A stretch of DNA of 64,000 nt from Ascoidea asiatica JCM 7603 (GCA_001600695.1 BCKQ01000005.1:1045820-1109819); one strand, 5' to 3'. Counted from the stretch's first letter, positions 23,079 through 34,652 are shown. Numbers and translations: made by a program. Notes: generated from the letters alone by a model not told the origin.

Positions 23079-24584
23079 ATGTTAGAAAGTATAGAAAAGG
23101 AGTTTATAAAAACTCCACCAGCTGCTCCTCAAGAGAAATCTTCAACTAAATGTGGTTTAAGAACAACAGATTATCCTGCAATTAAGAATGCCCCATTACC
23201 TGCCGATGGTCCAGGTTCAAAACACTTTTCTAATGTATTATTGGGTACTTTAATATTAGGTGTTCCATATTATATTAAATATAAATTGAATTTTGGAGGT
23301 TTTTATTTTTTCATTTTTTTAACTATACTTTTCTTTTTACCAATTTTATGTATATTTTGGACTATTGTTTCTAATTTTTCTCCAAGATTAAATGAGAAAG
23401 TTACTTTACCAAATTTAAAAATTGAACATTATTTAACTTTTCATACTGATGATTTAATTAAAAAATATAATGGTAATTCAAAAATTCCATGGGAAACTTT
23501 TCATGAATTATATTTTCAAAATAAAGTTTCATTTAATGGAGATGCTCTTGAAATTTTAGAATATAGACATGATTGGGCTAAATTTTCATTTACAATTGGT
23601 TTATTCAAATTTTTTTTATTAGGTATGATACCTGAAGTTATTATGCATACTAAAAATCAAGATGAAGAACAAGTTAGAGATCATTATGATAGAGGTGATG
23701 ATTTCTATGCTTGGTTCTTAGGTCCAAGAATGATTTATACTTCTGGTGTAATTTCTGATATAACTAAAGAAGAATCCTTAGAACAATTACAAGATAATAA
23801 ATTGAAAATTGTTTGTGAGAAAATAGATTTGAAAGAAGGTGAAAGATTATTAGATTTAGGTTGTGGTTGGGGTACTTTAGCTGCCTTTGCTTCTTCTCAA
23901 TATGGTGCTCATGTAACTGGTGTAACTTTAGGTAAAAATCAAACTAAATTTGGTAATTCAAGATTAGCTTCTTATAATATTTCTTCTGAACAAAGTGAAA
24001 TTGTATGTTGTGATTATCGTGATACTCCTGTTCCAGCTGGAAAATATAATAAAATTACTTGTCTTGAAATGGCTGAACATGTTGGTATCAAAAATTTTGG
24101 TAGTTTCTTAACTCAAGTTTATGATATGTTAGATGATGATGGACTTTTTTTCTTACAATATGCTGGTATTAGAAAATCTTGGCAATATGAAGATTTAATT
24201 TGGGGTTTATTTATGAATAAATATATTTTTCCAGGTGCTGATGCTTCAACTCCATTAGATTTTGTTACAAGTAAATTAGAAGGTACCGGTTTTGAAGTTG
24301 TATCTCTCGATAATATCGGTGTTCATTATTCTGCAACTTTATGGAGATGGTACCGTAATTGGTTAGGTAACAAAGATAAAGTTATTAACAAATATGGTAT
24401 TAGATGGTTTAGAATCTGGGAATTCTTTTTAGCTTCTTCAACAATTATCTCCAGACAAGGTTCTGCAACTTGTTATCAAATTGTTTTAAGAAAAAATATA
24501 AATTCTTATCATAGAGTTGAATATATTCCAAAACAAAAAGGTTTATTAGCTCCATTGGAAAACCTTAAACCTTGGGCAAAATAA
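23079..24584 (+). CDS. MTS1: Sphingolipid C9-methyltransferase (CFA synthase family)
   Basis: Two N-terminal TM helices, DEEQVRDHYDRGDDFY, SAM motif LLDLGCGWG, EMAEHVG and YIFPG. Confidence 0.9.
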   Translation: MLESIEKEFIKTPPAAPQEKSSTKCGLRTTDYPAIKNAPLPADGPGSKHFSNVLLGTLILGVPYYIKYKLNFGGFYFFIFLTILFFLPILCIFWTIVSNFSPRLNEKVTLPNLKIEHYLTFHTDDLIKKYNGNSKIPWETFHELYFQNKVSFNGDALEILEYRHDWAKFSFTIGLFKFFLLGMIPEVIMHTKNQDEEQVRDHYDRGDDFYAWFLGPRMIYTSGVISDITKEESLEQLQDNKLKIVCEKIDLKEGERLLDLGCGWGTLAAFASSQYGAHVTGVTLGKNQTKFGNSRLASYNISSEQSEIVCCDYRDTPVPAGKYNKITCLEMAEHVGIKNFGSFLTQVYDMLDDDGLFFLQYAGIRKSWQYEDLIWGLFMNKYIFPGADASTPLDFVTSKLEGTGFEVVSLDNIGVHYSATLWRWYRNWLGNKDKVINKYGIRWFRIWEFFLASSTIISRQGSATCYQIVLRKNINSYHRVEYIPKQKGLLAPLENLKPWAK

Positions 24585-24812
24585 TTTTTTTTTCTTAAAT
24601 AAGTAAATAGAATAGAAATCGAAGTTATAGAACTACTAAAAATAAAAAGCTTGTTACTGTCCTTTATTAAAGTTAGATTAAATGTTGAAAAATTTACTCT
24701 AAAATACATAAAATAAAATATTAAAAAAAATATAAAAAAAAAAACCGCTAATGTCCTTCTAGTACACAATATTATTGTATTGTATACACTATAATCTGAT
24801 TTGATATATTTA

Positions 24813-25955
24813 CTAAGTTGATTTTTTCTTATTTGAAACAATTATTCCTCTTACCACACCCATCACAGCATTAAATAATAAAACTTCTTCACCAATTACA
24901 ATATCTTTTACAAGAATATGTTCTTCTTCTATTAAATTTTTACAAAGAAGCATATGCCTTGTAACTCCACATAAACAACCGGAAGGTAAAGGAGGAGTAA
25001 CCCATATTTCTTCAACATCATCATTGTCTAAATCATCATCCTCATAACTCAATCCATCTTTCCTTCTTAAAAATGCAATATTTGTAATGGAGCCTTCAGT
25101 AACTTGGCCAGCAGTATTATACAATAAAACTTCTTGGGGTGATCCAAATGGCAATGTTGAATCAAGTACTCTTCCTCGAGCTTTATTATATTGATCTCTT
25201 TTTGAAGTTTTGAATGATGTAAAAGGTGATATCAAAACAGCTTCTGTATCTATATAAACTTTCCACATATCTGAATCGGTTGGTACTGAGTGAAAATAAA
25301 ACCCATCGAGAAGATTTGATCTGTTTTTAGTTTGACTAGGAATTATTGATATTAATCCTTTTTTATTTAATGTGATTTTAATTTTATATGGAACAGACTT
25401 ATTCAAATTAGAAATCGCTTCAATTAATTTCATGAATAATAATTTTTTAGGCAATCGAAATTTCCAATTAAAATATCTCATGGTAAATATAAATCTATGA
25501 TAATGTTCCTCAAATAAAAAAAATTTTGATACTTGTTCGTCTAATTCAGGATTCATTTCCTCTTGTTTATTTTCTGAACTTGCTTTATCCTGTTTTTGTT
25601 CATTTTCTTCATCTCGGGAATCATTCGATATATCATCAATTATTAAATTTGGAGAAAATGGGTTATCACCATTTAAATTAATAGTATCTGTTGTATTATT
25701 ATTGAAGCTTAAAAATGGATCAATATCTCCATAGAAATTATTTTCTTTAGCATTAGATTCAATTGTCCTTATATTACTCGAGCCTGAATCACTTATTATA
25801 TTAAAGGATAAATCAGGATCATATCTTATGGAGGTTATAATTTCAAATTCATCTTCTGGATTAAATTCTGAATTAATATACTTTTTAATTATTTCATCTG
25901 CAATTATTTTTTGTGCCTCACTTAAAGGTTCTTCTTCTTTTTTTTTTCTTGCCAT
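24813..25955 (-). CDS. ABZ2: 4-amino-4-deoxychorismate lyase (aminotransferase class IV)
   Basis: Motifs FEIITSIRYDP, SPFTSFKTSKRDQYNKAR, EVLLYN...EGSITN, TPPLPSGCLCGVTR and NAVMG. ATG at 25955. Confidence 0.85.
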   Translation of the reverse strand: MARKKKEEEPLSEAQKIIADEIIKKYINSEFNPEDEFEIITSIRYDPDLSFNIISDSGSSNIRTIESNAKENNFYGDIDPFLSFNNNTTDTINLNGDNPFSPNLIIDDISNDSRDEENEQKQDKASSENKQEEMNPELDEQVSKFFLFEEHYHRFIFTMRYFNWKFRLPKKLLFMKLIEAISNLNKSVPYKIKITLNKKGLISIIPSQTKNRSNLLDGFYFHSVPTDSDMWKVYIDTEAVLISPFTSFKTSKRDQYNKARGRVLDSTLPFGSPQEVLLYNTAGQVTEGSITNIAFLRRKDGLSYEDDDLDNDDVEEIWVTPPLPSGCLCGVTRHMLLCKNLIEEEHILVKDIVIGEEVLLFNAVMGVVRGIIVSNKKKST

Positions 25956-26417
25956 TTTCAACTTGGTCTTTTAGATTAGTATATAATTATCCTAAAATTT
26001 TGAATATCTACCTTAGTCTGAGTAAATCAGTTTAGTATAATCGATATCAACCATCGAAATTTTTCAATGAGACTAAAAGAAATCTGCTATTTTCTCTTTT
26101 GAGGCAAGCAAATAGAAATGGTTTAAGACTCTCTAAGTTTAGGTTCAACCTGATGATTTAGGCAAATCTGAAAATTGCTAAAAAAAAAAACACAAAAACA
26201 GAGAAGACCCACCCATATGGCGTCCATAGTACAACGCCATCTTCACGGATATCCTTATCCATCTTCTTCTGTCCTCGAAATTTGACTACAGTATTTCCTT
26301 TGAATCCATTTAATTAAAACTCTATAATCTACAAAAGAATAAACTAACAAAACATATATATTACATTTGAATTAAAAAACAGAATAACAAGACATATTCT
26401 GTGATTTAAAATAAAAA

Positions 26418-29400
26418 TCAGCCAGAGAATAGCTCTGGAACGTCTCCATTGGAAAGGGCCTTTTCAATTCCAACTAATAAATCATCAACTTCATCTACTC
26501 CAACATCGCATGAAACAGCAACAAGCTTTCTATATTTATTTATTTTTTCTTTTGATTTTTGTCTCTCTAACTCTTTTTTGGAAGATGGACTTTCTGATTC
26601 AATCCTTTTAGCAGAATTAATTGGAAGATCAAAAAATTCTACAATGCTATTCAATCTTTTTTGTCTTCTGATCTGCAATAGTGTTAGGTGAATTGCAAGC
26701 TTGATTTGTTCGCTTTTATTTTCTTGATTTTCTTGCGATTGGTCTGTTTTTATTTCAATAGTTTGATTACTATCTTCATTTCCCATTACAAATCTATCCT
26801 TCTCTTCATTTTGAATTTCCGTTGAGCTATTCAGAATGATGGAAATATCTTTATTCCTATCATTTTTTTCTCTTTGTGAATCATATCTCTCATATCGGTT
26901 CAATGAGTGACATTGTGTTCTTTCTAAAGAATTATTGAAAACAAGTTTATTTTTCTTCAATGTATCTTCTTCAATCTTAACAAATTTATCTAAATCTTTG
27001 AGTTTTGCATCTAGTATCGAGTCTAAAGAATCATTTTCATCTCCATTTTTGATATTAATATTTAAGCCATTAGATTTAGGACTATCTAAAAATATATTTT
27101 TATCAGATTTCGAGTTGGGAGTTCCTTCCATCATTTTTTCATTTATTGATTCAATCTCATTGTTAATATTGACAGAATATTCGTTTAATTCATGAATCAC
27201 ATTTTCTTTTCTTTTAACTTCTTGATCATATGTAGTTACCAAATCATTGACTAAAGCCACCATAGAATTCAAAACCCTTTCACCTTTTGTAATAGCAACC
27301 TTAGAGTTTTTAGGGTTTGGCGAAAATGCAAGAGGTTCTGGCAGTAGAAAGTTAATGGAACTATTAAGAAAATTACCTGAATCCTTGATTTTTTTGGAAG
27401 TTGTAATTCTTGGAGAAAATCCATTGATATTATTTGCAATTTTCCTATTGCCATTTACATGGGAGTTGAATTTATTATTGTTTATTTTCTCATTCCCCAT
27501 CCCATTTTTGAAACTTACATTACCATTCGCCACACCATTAGAATAATTCTTCTTTTGAGAATTTTTGATTGATCCACTTTTCAACTGTGTTTTAACAGAG
27601 CCTTTAACAGGGGTTTTTAATTTTTTTGGGGTTGAAATATTAGAAGGAGATTCAAATCTATTAGAATCACCAGGAATTTGTTGATAAGTTTCAAATAAAT
27701 TATTAAGATTCGAATTTTGATAAAATGCTAGAGGTGTTGATGGCTTTGGTGTTGCTACATAATTAATTTGGTTCAATATATCATTCACAGATTCATTATG
27801 AACATTCCTTATATCTCTTTGAACATTATTTTCAAGAAATAATTTGATGCATTTTGTAGCTTTATTCTTAGCTAGATAGTGTAAAGCAGTATTTCCATCA
27901 TTATCTTGAGAATTTAAAAAATCGGTTATTTTATCTTCTGAGATTTTCCTTTTCATTAAATTTAGTAATTCTTCAATATAAAAAGCTGCTCCACCTTGTC
28001 TTTTGATCGAACTTGTAGATATTCCTATATGATGAAAAATGGTCCTATTTTTTAAATCCACTATATATATGGTTTCTTTCAATAGTTCTATTATTGTTGA
28101 AAAAGTATTTCTTAGAAAGGCATTATTGAAAACAACTGCTCTTATTATTGGTATTATTCCATCAGGGGATTCAACTTTTGGATTTGCATTATGATCCAAT
28201 AACATTTTTACTACTTCAGATTTTCCAACTGCACAGGCCCAATGTAGTGGAGTATAGTTTGTATCTATTTTCTCATCGACATTGAAACTAGATGGAGGAT
28301 TTTGTAAATCTTCAGGTAAAATATTATTTCCGGGATGTTCATCTTTTTCCATTAAATATGCTATTAGCTTGGCTGAATAATCATTTATATTTATATCTTT
28401 ATCTAGTTCATTATGCTCCTGTTGATTCATAGGAGGTTTATCGTCGGGCTTCAATCTTTTATGATTTGAAGTATCTGTTTGTTTGTCATTTTCATATTCA
28501 AGTAATCTTTTATTTCTTTGAGGAGATTTGAAGAAAGACATTTCTGGAGATTTATAATTATTCATCATGAAGGTATTGCTATTGGAGGAAGTAAAGCCGG
28601 CAGGCGTTCTTTGTAAAATCCTATCCATATTTTCATTTTCATCGATACTTGAAGTGGAAATATGATCATCAAAATGAATATTTTCATCCATGGGGCTAGT
28701 TTTTTCAAAATCTTCTGTCTTTATACGTTTAGGAGTATTTTCTATTAAAAAGGTATCTATATTAGATTTTATTTCTTCTCTATTATGAATCATATTAACG
28801 TCATTTACAGAAAATGAATTAGTTAATGTTAATGAAGGCATAGCTGAATTAGTTAAGTTTATTGAAGGTATAGCAGAATTATTATTTGAGAATACACCCA
28901 TAGTTGGAGAATTTGTTGAAGAATCAACTTTTATTTTTGGTTTATTTATTGAGCCTTTTGGTCTTCCTCTTTTTTTTTGATTTTTATTACAATTTTTTGA
29001 TTCAATAATACTTAGTTGAGGCGAATTACTATTTTTGATCGTTTTTTCTATATTTTTATCATTATAATTAACAATTTCCTCAACTTTCTGTTTTTCATTT
29101 TCACTTTTATTGGATTTCACCTTTTCATTATCATTTACATTTTCTTTGTTCTTTATTTTAGTTTTAGTTTTGGTTTTATTTTTAATTTTAGCTTTATTAG
29201 TATTTTTCTTTTTTTCAGTTTTTGGTTTTGGAGCATGGCGATGTTTTGGAGCAGGCGGAGGTTCTGCATAACCAGGAATTTGTTCATAATTCAATAAAGG
29301 ACCTAAAATTTCTTGAACATTATAGCTAACTGCTAGACTTTTAGCGATATCTAAAGGGACCCAAGTACCTTGATATTTACCATAACCACCCTGAACTTTT

Positions 29401-30200
29401 TCATGTTTATTTGATTGTATATCTCTTTCAAGGATTCTTGTTCTTTTAGCTTTTGGAAAGTTTGCTACTTTTAAAATATGAGTTGCATTCATCCAACCAT
29501 CATTTTTTCTTCTCATTACAGAACCAAGATTTGTTAAAAATTCATAAACGGCAACTCCAGAATAAGTTGCAGAATAAACTTGATTTGTTAAAGCGCATGG
29601 TTCTTTAATTTCAAATTTTATTGCGGGTTTACCTTGTTTTTTGGGTTTCGATATTACATTTTTTGTAGACGATATGTTATTTGAATTGATTGTTGTGAGT
29701 ATTGTATTGGGTGTATCTTGAATATTTTGAATGTTTTGAATATTCTGAGCACTTTGAGTATTTTGAGTATTTTGAGTACTTTGTGTACTTTGCGTATTTT
29801 GACTTTTCAGTGTATCTGATGAGTTATGATTATTTATTATATTTGATACATTTATTAAATTTGAAATATCAGTTGTGTTGGACGAATTATTTTCATTTGA
29901 TATATTTGAGAAGTTAGTTGATAAATTTGAATTTTGAGGAAGATTTGAGAAATTTACAAAATTTACAAAATTAGCAAAATTTGGACCATTTTTATTTACA
30001 TCATTTAAATTATTTGAATTATTCATAAAATTAGGATCATTGGAAATATTAGATTCATTATTAGTGTTATTTGAGATTATATTGGATGACTTTTCATTAG
30101 TTATATTAACATTTATGGGATTAGAAATACTAGTTGTTGTTGTTGTACTTGTTATACTTGGAATATTTTGTATATTAGATATGTTTGGTATAGTAGACAT
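26418..30200 (-). CDS. MBP1: MBF transcription factor (APSES/KilA-N domain plus ankyrin repeats)
   Basis: VYSATYSGVAVYEF...NATHILKVANFPKAKRTRILE...HEKVQGGYGKYQGTW is Mbp1-type. Ankyrin motifs TPLHWAC and GNTALH are present. Confidence 0.85.
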   Translation of the reverse strand: MSTIPNISNIQNIPSITSTTTTTSISNPINVNITNEKSSNIISNNTNNESNISNDPNFMNNSNNLNDVNKNGPNFANFVNFVNFSNLPQNSNLSTNFSNISNENNSSNTTDISNLINVSNIINNHNSSDTLKSQNTQSTQSTQNTQNTQSAQNIQNIQNIQDTPNTILTTINSNNISSTKNVISKPKKQGKPAIKFEIKEPCALTNQVYSATYSGVAVYEFLTNLGSVMRRKNDGWMNATHILKVANFPKAKRTRILERDIQSNKHEKVQGGYGKYQGTWVPLDIAKSLAVSYNVQEILGPLLNYEQIPGYAEPPPAPKHRHAPKPKTEKKKNTNKAKIKNKTKTKTKIKNKENVNDNEKVKSNKSENEKQKVEEIVNYNDKNIEKTIKNSNSPQLSIIESKNCNKNQKKRGRPKGSINKPKIKVDSSTNSPTMGVFSNNNSAIPSINLTNSAMPSLTLTNSFSVNDVNMIHNREEIKSNIDTFLIENTPKRIKTEDFEKTSPMDENIHFDDHISTSSIDENENMDRILQRTPAGFTSSNSNTFMMNNYKSPEMSFFKSPQRNKRLLEYENDKQTDTSNHKRLKPDDKPPMNQQEHNELDKDININDYSAKLIAYLMEKDEHPGNNILPEDLQNPPSSFNVDEKIDTNYTPLHWACAVGKSEVVKMLLDHNANPKVESPDGIIPIIRAVVFNNAFLRNTFSTIIELLKETIYIVDLKNRTIFHHIGISTSSIKRQGGAAFYIEELLNLMKRKISEDKITDFLNSQDNDGNTALHYLAKNKATKCIKLFLENNVQRDIRNVHNESVNDILNQINYVATPKPSTPLAFYQNSNLNNLFETYQQIPGDSNRFESPSNISTPKKLKTPVKGSVKTQLKSGSIKNSQKKNYSNGVANGNVSFKNGMGNEKINNNKFNSHVNGNRKIANNINGFSPRITTSKKIKDSGNFLNSSINFLLPEPLAFSPNPKNSKVAITKGERVLNSMVALVNDLVTTYDQEVKRKENVIHELNEYSVNINNEIESINEKMMEGTPNSKSDKNIFLDSPKSNGLNINIKNGDENDSLDSILDAKLKDLDKFVKIEEDTLKKNKLVFNNSLERTQCHSLNRYERYDSQREKNDRNKDISIILNSSTEIQNEEKDRFVMGNEDSNQTIEIKTDQSQENQENKSEQIKLAIHLTLLQIRRQKRLNSIVEFFDLPINSAKRIESESPSSKKELERQKSKEKINKYRKLVAVSCDVGVDEVDDLLVGIEKALSNGDVPELFSG

Positions 30201-31015
30201 TTATATATATATAAATATATTTTGAAATATCAAATTGATTTAGTAGAATAATGAATTGAAATATCAAATGAGATGAGATGAGATAAGATAAGATACCAAA
30301 TATTATGAATAATGATGATAATAGAAATAAAAATTTTTAACAACTTTCTTTATGATTGATAAATATCTTAAATTCCTAGAATTAAAATTTGAAAAAGATA
30401 GAATAAACAAAATAATAGCAAAATTTCAAATCTTTTTGAAATTTATTCCTATAAGTTTCTATGATTTTCTTTAATTGATAAATATAGAAGTATATTATTT
30501 TTTCTAATTTTATTAAAATATGAAATTATAAAATTTTAATAGAATTAAAATCAAATTAATGACCAAGATTTAAGTATTGAAATAACAGAATATCGAAAGG
30601 ACTTTGAAAATAAAGAGAAAGAACAATCAAAGTAAAAAATTTGAAAGTATGAGTAGGTGCCTGAATGATTTCTGAATATTCAGGAGAAGAAATATAAATA
30701 CAATTAATTTGATTTTTGCTTATATTGAAGTTTGGATAAGTAATAAATCAGGTTAAATTCTATTAAAAAGTCACTAGGTGGTTTCAATATTTGAATAATT
30801 GAATAATTGTAATTTGAATATTTGAATCAAATTCTTTGAATACGCTAAAATAGTATCGATTATTGAAAATGATTTGATAGATATAATAATTTGATTGTAA
30901 AGTGATGTAGTAGATTATTTAAACTAATAATTTATTGTTTAATCAATAAATCGTTAAAGTATTGATTATTCAAATTTATTTTAAAACACTATCCAGAAAG
31001 AGAAGTTTGAAAGAG

Positions 31016-31339
31016 ACGCGAGACGCACTTTTATTAATGCTTTTTGTATTACTTTTTTTATAATTTGCTTCAGTTTGGTGAATTAAGTAAATGCGTCGCA
31101 AAAACACGAAAAAGTTAATGAATTTTTTGTGAATTTAAAAGAATTTTTCTCAATTTTTATTTATTAAAAAATGAAATTTTACGTGTTTGTTCGGTCGAGA
31201 GCGACGCAGCTGCCAAATTCATAGAAAATCCGTGAGAAGTTTGACGAAAATTCGATGAAATGAGCAAAAAGTGAAATAGGAGCCTATTTCAGAGCTGTCC
31301 GGCACTAGCAGAAAGTTAAATAAAGTCAGGTCAACGCGT
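31016..31339. promoter_or_regulatory. MCB/SCB cluster upstream of MBP1
   Basis: ACGCGA at 31016-31021, CACGAAA at 31105-31111 and ACGCGT at 31334-31339. Confidence 0.5.
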
Positions 31340-31660
31340 ATTTAATTTATTTAATATATTTCTTACGTGTCTTACTTTTGAAAATTTGAAATTTGAAAAC
31401 AGACAAGTTAGAAGCCAGAATTACGGGTCAAATTATTTATGCATTTTTGTGCATTGGGACCAGATATACAGATTCTACTGTTTGTTTAAGGGTTTGAAAA
31501 ATAAATAATTATTATTACGTTACTCGACATAACTATCGATAACAGAAAAAAGAAATAAAGAAATAAAAAAACAAAGAAACAAAACAAAAAAACAAAAGCA
31601 TTAAACAATATTAAAAAAGAGAAAGAAAAATAAAAAAACTCAGCGCTTAAAAATTGAGAA

Positions 31661-32407
31661 CTAACAACAACAATTATCAGCTTTTTTTCCATCAAGAGTT
31701 TCTGTATTTAATGAATTTTTATCTATAGTAGCTAAAGGTTCATAAGAAAATAATAATTGACCAAATAAACAACCTAAAATGCAAGTAATAATAACATAAC
31801 CATTATAATACATCCATAACAACATGATCAAATAAGAACAAGTCCATTCAAACATAAATAAAAAAGATTTTAAAGAATGTTCTGAAAAGGAAGGTAAAAT
31901 TAAAATTTCATTTGAATTTGGATCTGTTTTAAAAGATGATAAAAACCATTTGTGAGATAAAACGGTAAAAATTGGATTAAAGAAACCTGAAATAGAAGAA
32001 GATTTAGGTTCTGACAGTTCTTGAGAATTAGTGTGAGTGTTATCAGCTTCTTTTATTTTAGTTTCTTCATTATCAGTTGATTCAATATGTAATTTTTCAG
32101 TTGAATCAGTTTTAAATGATATTGTTTTCTTATATTTTAATAGATTATAATTCACAATTTCATTATCATACTCTTTGACTATTCTATGCAACCAAAAATA
32201 AGCTAGAACAAAAAAGAATATACCAATACAAGTACCTGCAAACATACCTCTGGATTTAACGTGCCATGATTTTGCTAAAAAACATGAATTTATAGTATAC
32301 CAATTCCATAGCATAGATATTTTGCATGCATCTGATGAAGTTGAAGAGCTCATGCTCATACTCATTTTTCCTAAAATTTCTATTGGAGTAACAGCTGTAT
32401 CTGACAT
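31661..32407 (-). CDS. Ctr-family copper transporter (Ctr3-like, short Met motif, C-terminal CCC)
   Basis: CKISMLWNWYTINSCF, TM2 MxxxM (IMLLWMYYNG) and TM3 GxxxG (GCLFG). Confidence 0.9.
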   Translation of the reverse strand: MSDTAVTPIEILGKMSMSMSSSTSSDACKISMLWNWYTINSCFLAKSWHVKSRGMFAGTCIGIFFFVLAYFWLHRIVKEYDNEIVNYNLLKYKKTISFKTDSTEKLHIESTDNEETKIKEADNTHTNSQELSEPKSSSISGFFNPIFTVLSHKWFLSSFKTDPNSNEILILPSFSEHSLKSFLFMFEWTCSYLIMLLWMYYNGYVIITCILGCLFGQLLFSYEPLATIDKNSLNTETLDGKKADNCCC

Positions 32408-32699
32408 TTTCGGCTTGTTTAATATGGATTGATTAATTGATTATTTGATTATTTGATTATTTGATCATAAAGTGATGTTTGATTACAGATTATTGAAAAT
32501 GATTCTTCAAGGAAATATGTCTATGTTTATATACTTATCATATATTGTTTACTTTTTGATGGTTAAAAATTAAAATTACTCTAAGCTATGGTACGTTATA
32601 TCGGGATTAGAATTGAAAAATTCTTAATTGAATTCTGAATTGAGATATAAAGGGATATGAAAGAATATAAAATTGAAAAAATATATAAAAAGAAGAACA

Positions 32700-33141
32700 A
32701 TTTGCTCGTCTTTATCTGTAGGTGAGATAATTTCCTTTCATTTCTTCTTCAATTTATTTTTTCATTTTCTTATTTATTTACTTCCTAAAGTATTTCTTCA
32801 TTTTTATTTTTGCATTATCCACTTCTCATCTGGCTTTTTACACTGCAACAGCCAATAACAATAACCCTATCATATTTCATACCTTTCTTATTTACTGTGT
32901 CTCTTTTCCCAAAGGCCCTTTGAAACAAATATTTTACCTGCCAATCTCAATTTAAAACCATTTCTACATGTTTTTTTCATTTGATTTACATCTGTTTTTC
33001 AGCTCCAAGTGTTCCAACAAGACTGGCTGGACGAGCAAATATTGTAGCTCTAGGAAGTTAAATATCCTTCAAACCAGAGCTGCCGACCACTCTGAGGGTT
33101 CTAACGAGCAAATATTCCTTAATACTGTAAAACGAGCAAAT
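32700..33141. promoter_or_regulatory. Four Mac1/Cuf1-type copper-responsive elements (ATTTGCTCGT)
   Basis: + strand at 32700-32709; - strand at 33031-33040, 33104-33113 and 33132-33141. The core TTTGCTC is the established CuRE. Confidence 0.85.
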
Positions 33142-33752
33142 TCTACAAGACCCAAATCCGTTGAAAACAAAAAAAATCCTGCAAAATCTTTGGATAATCA
33201 CGGAATAACATGGAAAACGTTGAAAAATCCGAGTCAGCTGTACATATCTGCATAATAACGTTTAATTATTCCAATGCGTACATATATATATATTTTGCAA
33301 TTTTTTGAAAATTCCTAAATCTATTCTGGGGCAAGTTAAAATAATTGAGAATACAATTTATTTCAATATAATTTCTTTGCAAAACTTATTCTTCCAACAA
33401 TGCCAAAAATGATGTTACAATACTTAATCATATCATATGGGGTTTGAAGAATTATAATGGATTTTTCCTTCTTTTTAGTTGCATCATAATAATAATTTAT
33501 ATAATCTTATATCCGATTTTTTTGTGATTATTTAATAAAAATCATTTCTTTTCAGCTTATTCTTTATTCAAAAAATCTATACCCTCATCTTGGAATTGTA
33601 TTTTATTGGATATTGCATATACTTTTCTGGAATATATAAATAGGAACAATAATAATCTTTTTTTTTTACCAAGAAATCCATCAAAACTAAAAATATTATA
33701 ATAGTTTTTTTCAAATTAAAAAAATCAAATCAAGTCATTCTTAAATATCAAA

Positions 33753-34652
33753 ATGGATATGAGTGGAATGGATATGGGAACTTCTTCCATGGATATGAAT
33801 ATGGACATGGATACGACAAGTTCAACAATGGATATGGCAAGCTCAACAATGAATATGGTAATGTCAACTGCAACTTCAGCTGTTATGTCTATGATGACTT
33901 CAGAAATGTCTTCTATGACAACTTCAATGACAACTTCAATGGCTGCTTCAATGACGACTTCAATGGATATGGATATGGACATGTCAGCATCAGCTTCAAC
34001 TTCAGTAATGGATATGGATATGGATATGAGTTCTTCCTCAAGTACTTCAACTTCTTCTTCATCTTCTTGTGTAATGAGTATGCTTTGGAATTGGTATTCT
34101 GATGATGTCTGTTTGATTTCAAAAACTTGGAAAACTGATACTAAAGGAAAATTTGCTGGTTCTTGTATTGGTGTATTTTTCCTCTTAATTGCAGTTCAAT
34201 GGCTAAGAAGATGTTTAACTGAATATAAAGTTCAATTAATTGCAAATAAAAGAAATTATTTATCAAATACAAATATTTCAAATTTTCCTGAATCAAATTC
34301 TAATTTATCTGAAAATTCTTTAAATAATTCTCTTTTAATGAATTTTTTAACTCCGATTATAAATGTTTCAAAACATGATTGGTATTTGAATTATTCAAAA
34401 CAAAATATAATAATTAAAAATGATAAAATTTTAATTTTTCCTTCAATTCCTCAACATATTTTTATATCCTGTATTGAAACTATAGAATGGTCTGCTCATC
34501 ATATTATTATGTTACTATTTATGTATTTTAATGGTTATATCTTTATATCTTGTATGATAGGTGCTTTAGTTGGCTATTTTTTATTTCAATATAAGCCTAT
34601 GAGTAAGAAAGCTAATTCTTCTTCTGATCAATCTAAAAGATGTTGTCGTTAA
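33753..34652 (+). CDS. Ctr-family copper transporter with ~30-Met ectodomain
   Basis: MxM repeats across the first ~110 aa, CVMSMLWNW, IMLLFMYFNG, GALVG and C-terminal CCR. Confidence 0.9.
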   Translation: MDMSGMDMGTSSMDMNMDMDTTSSTMDMASSTMNMVMSTATSAVMSMMTSEMSSMTTSMTTSMAASMTTSMDMDMDMSASASTSVMDMDMDMSSSSSTSTSSSSSCVMSMLWNWYSDDVCLISKTWKTDTKGKFAGSCIGVFFLLIAVQWLRRCLTEYKVQLIANKRNYLSNTNISNFPESNSNLSENSLNNSLLMNFLTPIINVSKHDWYLNYSKQNIIIKNDKILIFPSIPQHIFISCIETIEWSAHHIIMLLFMYFNGYIFISCMIGALVGYFLFQYKPMSKKANSSSDQSKRCCR

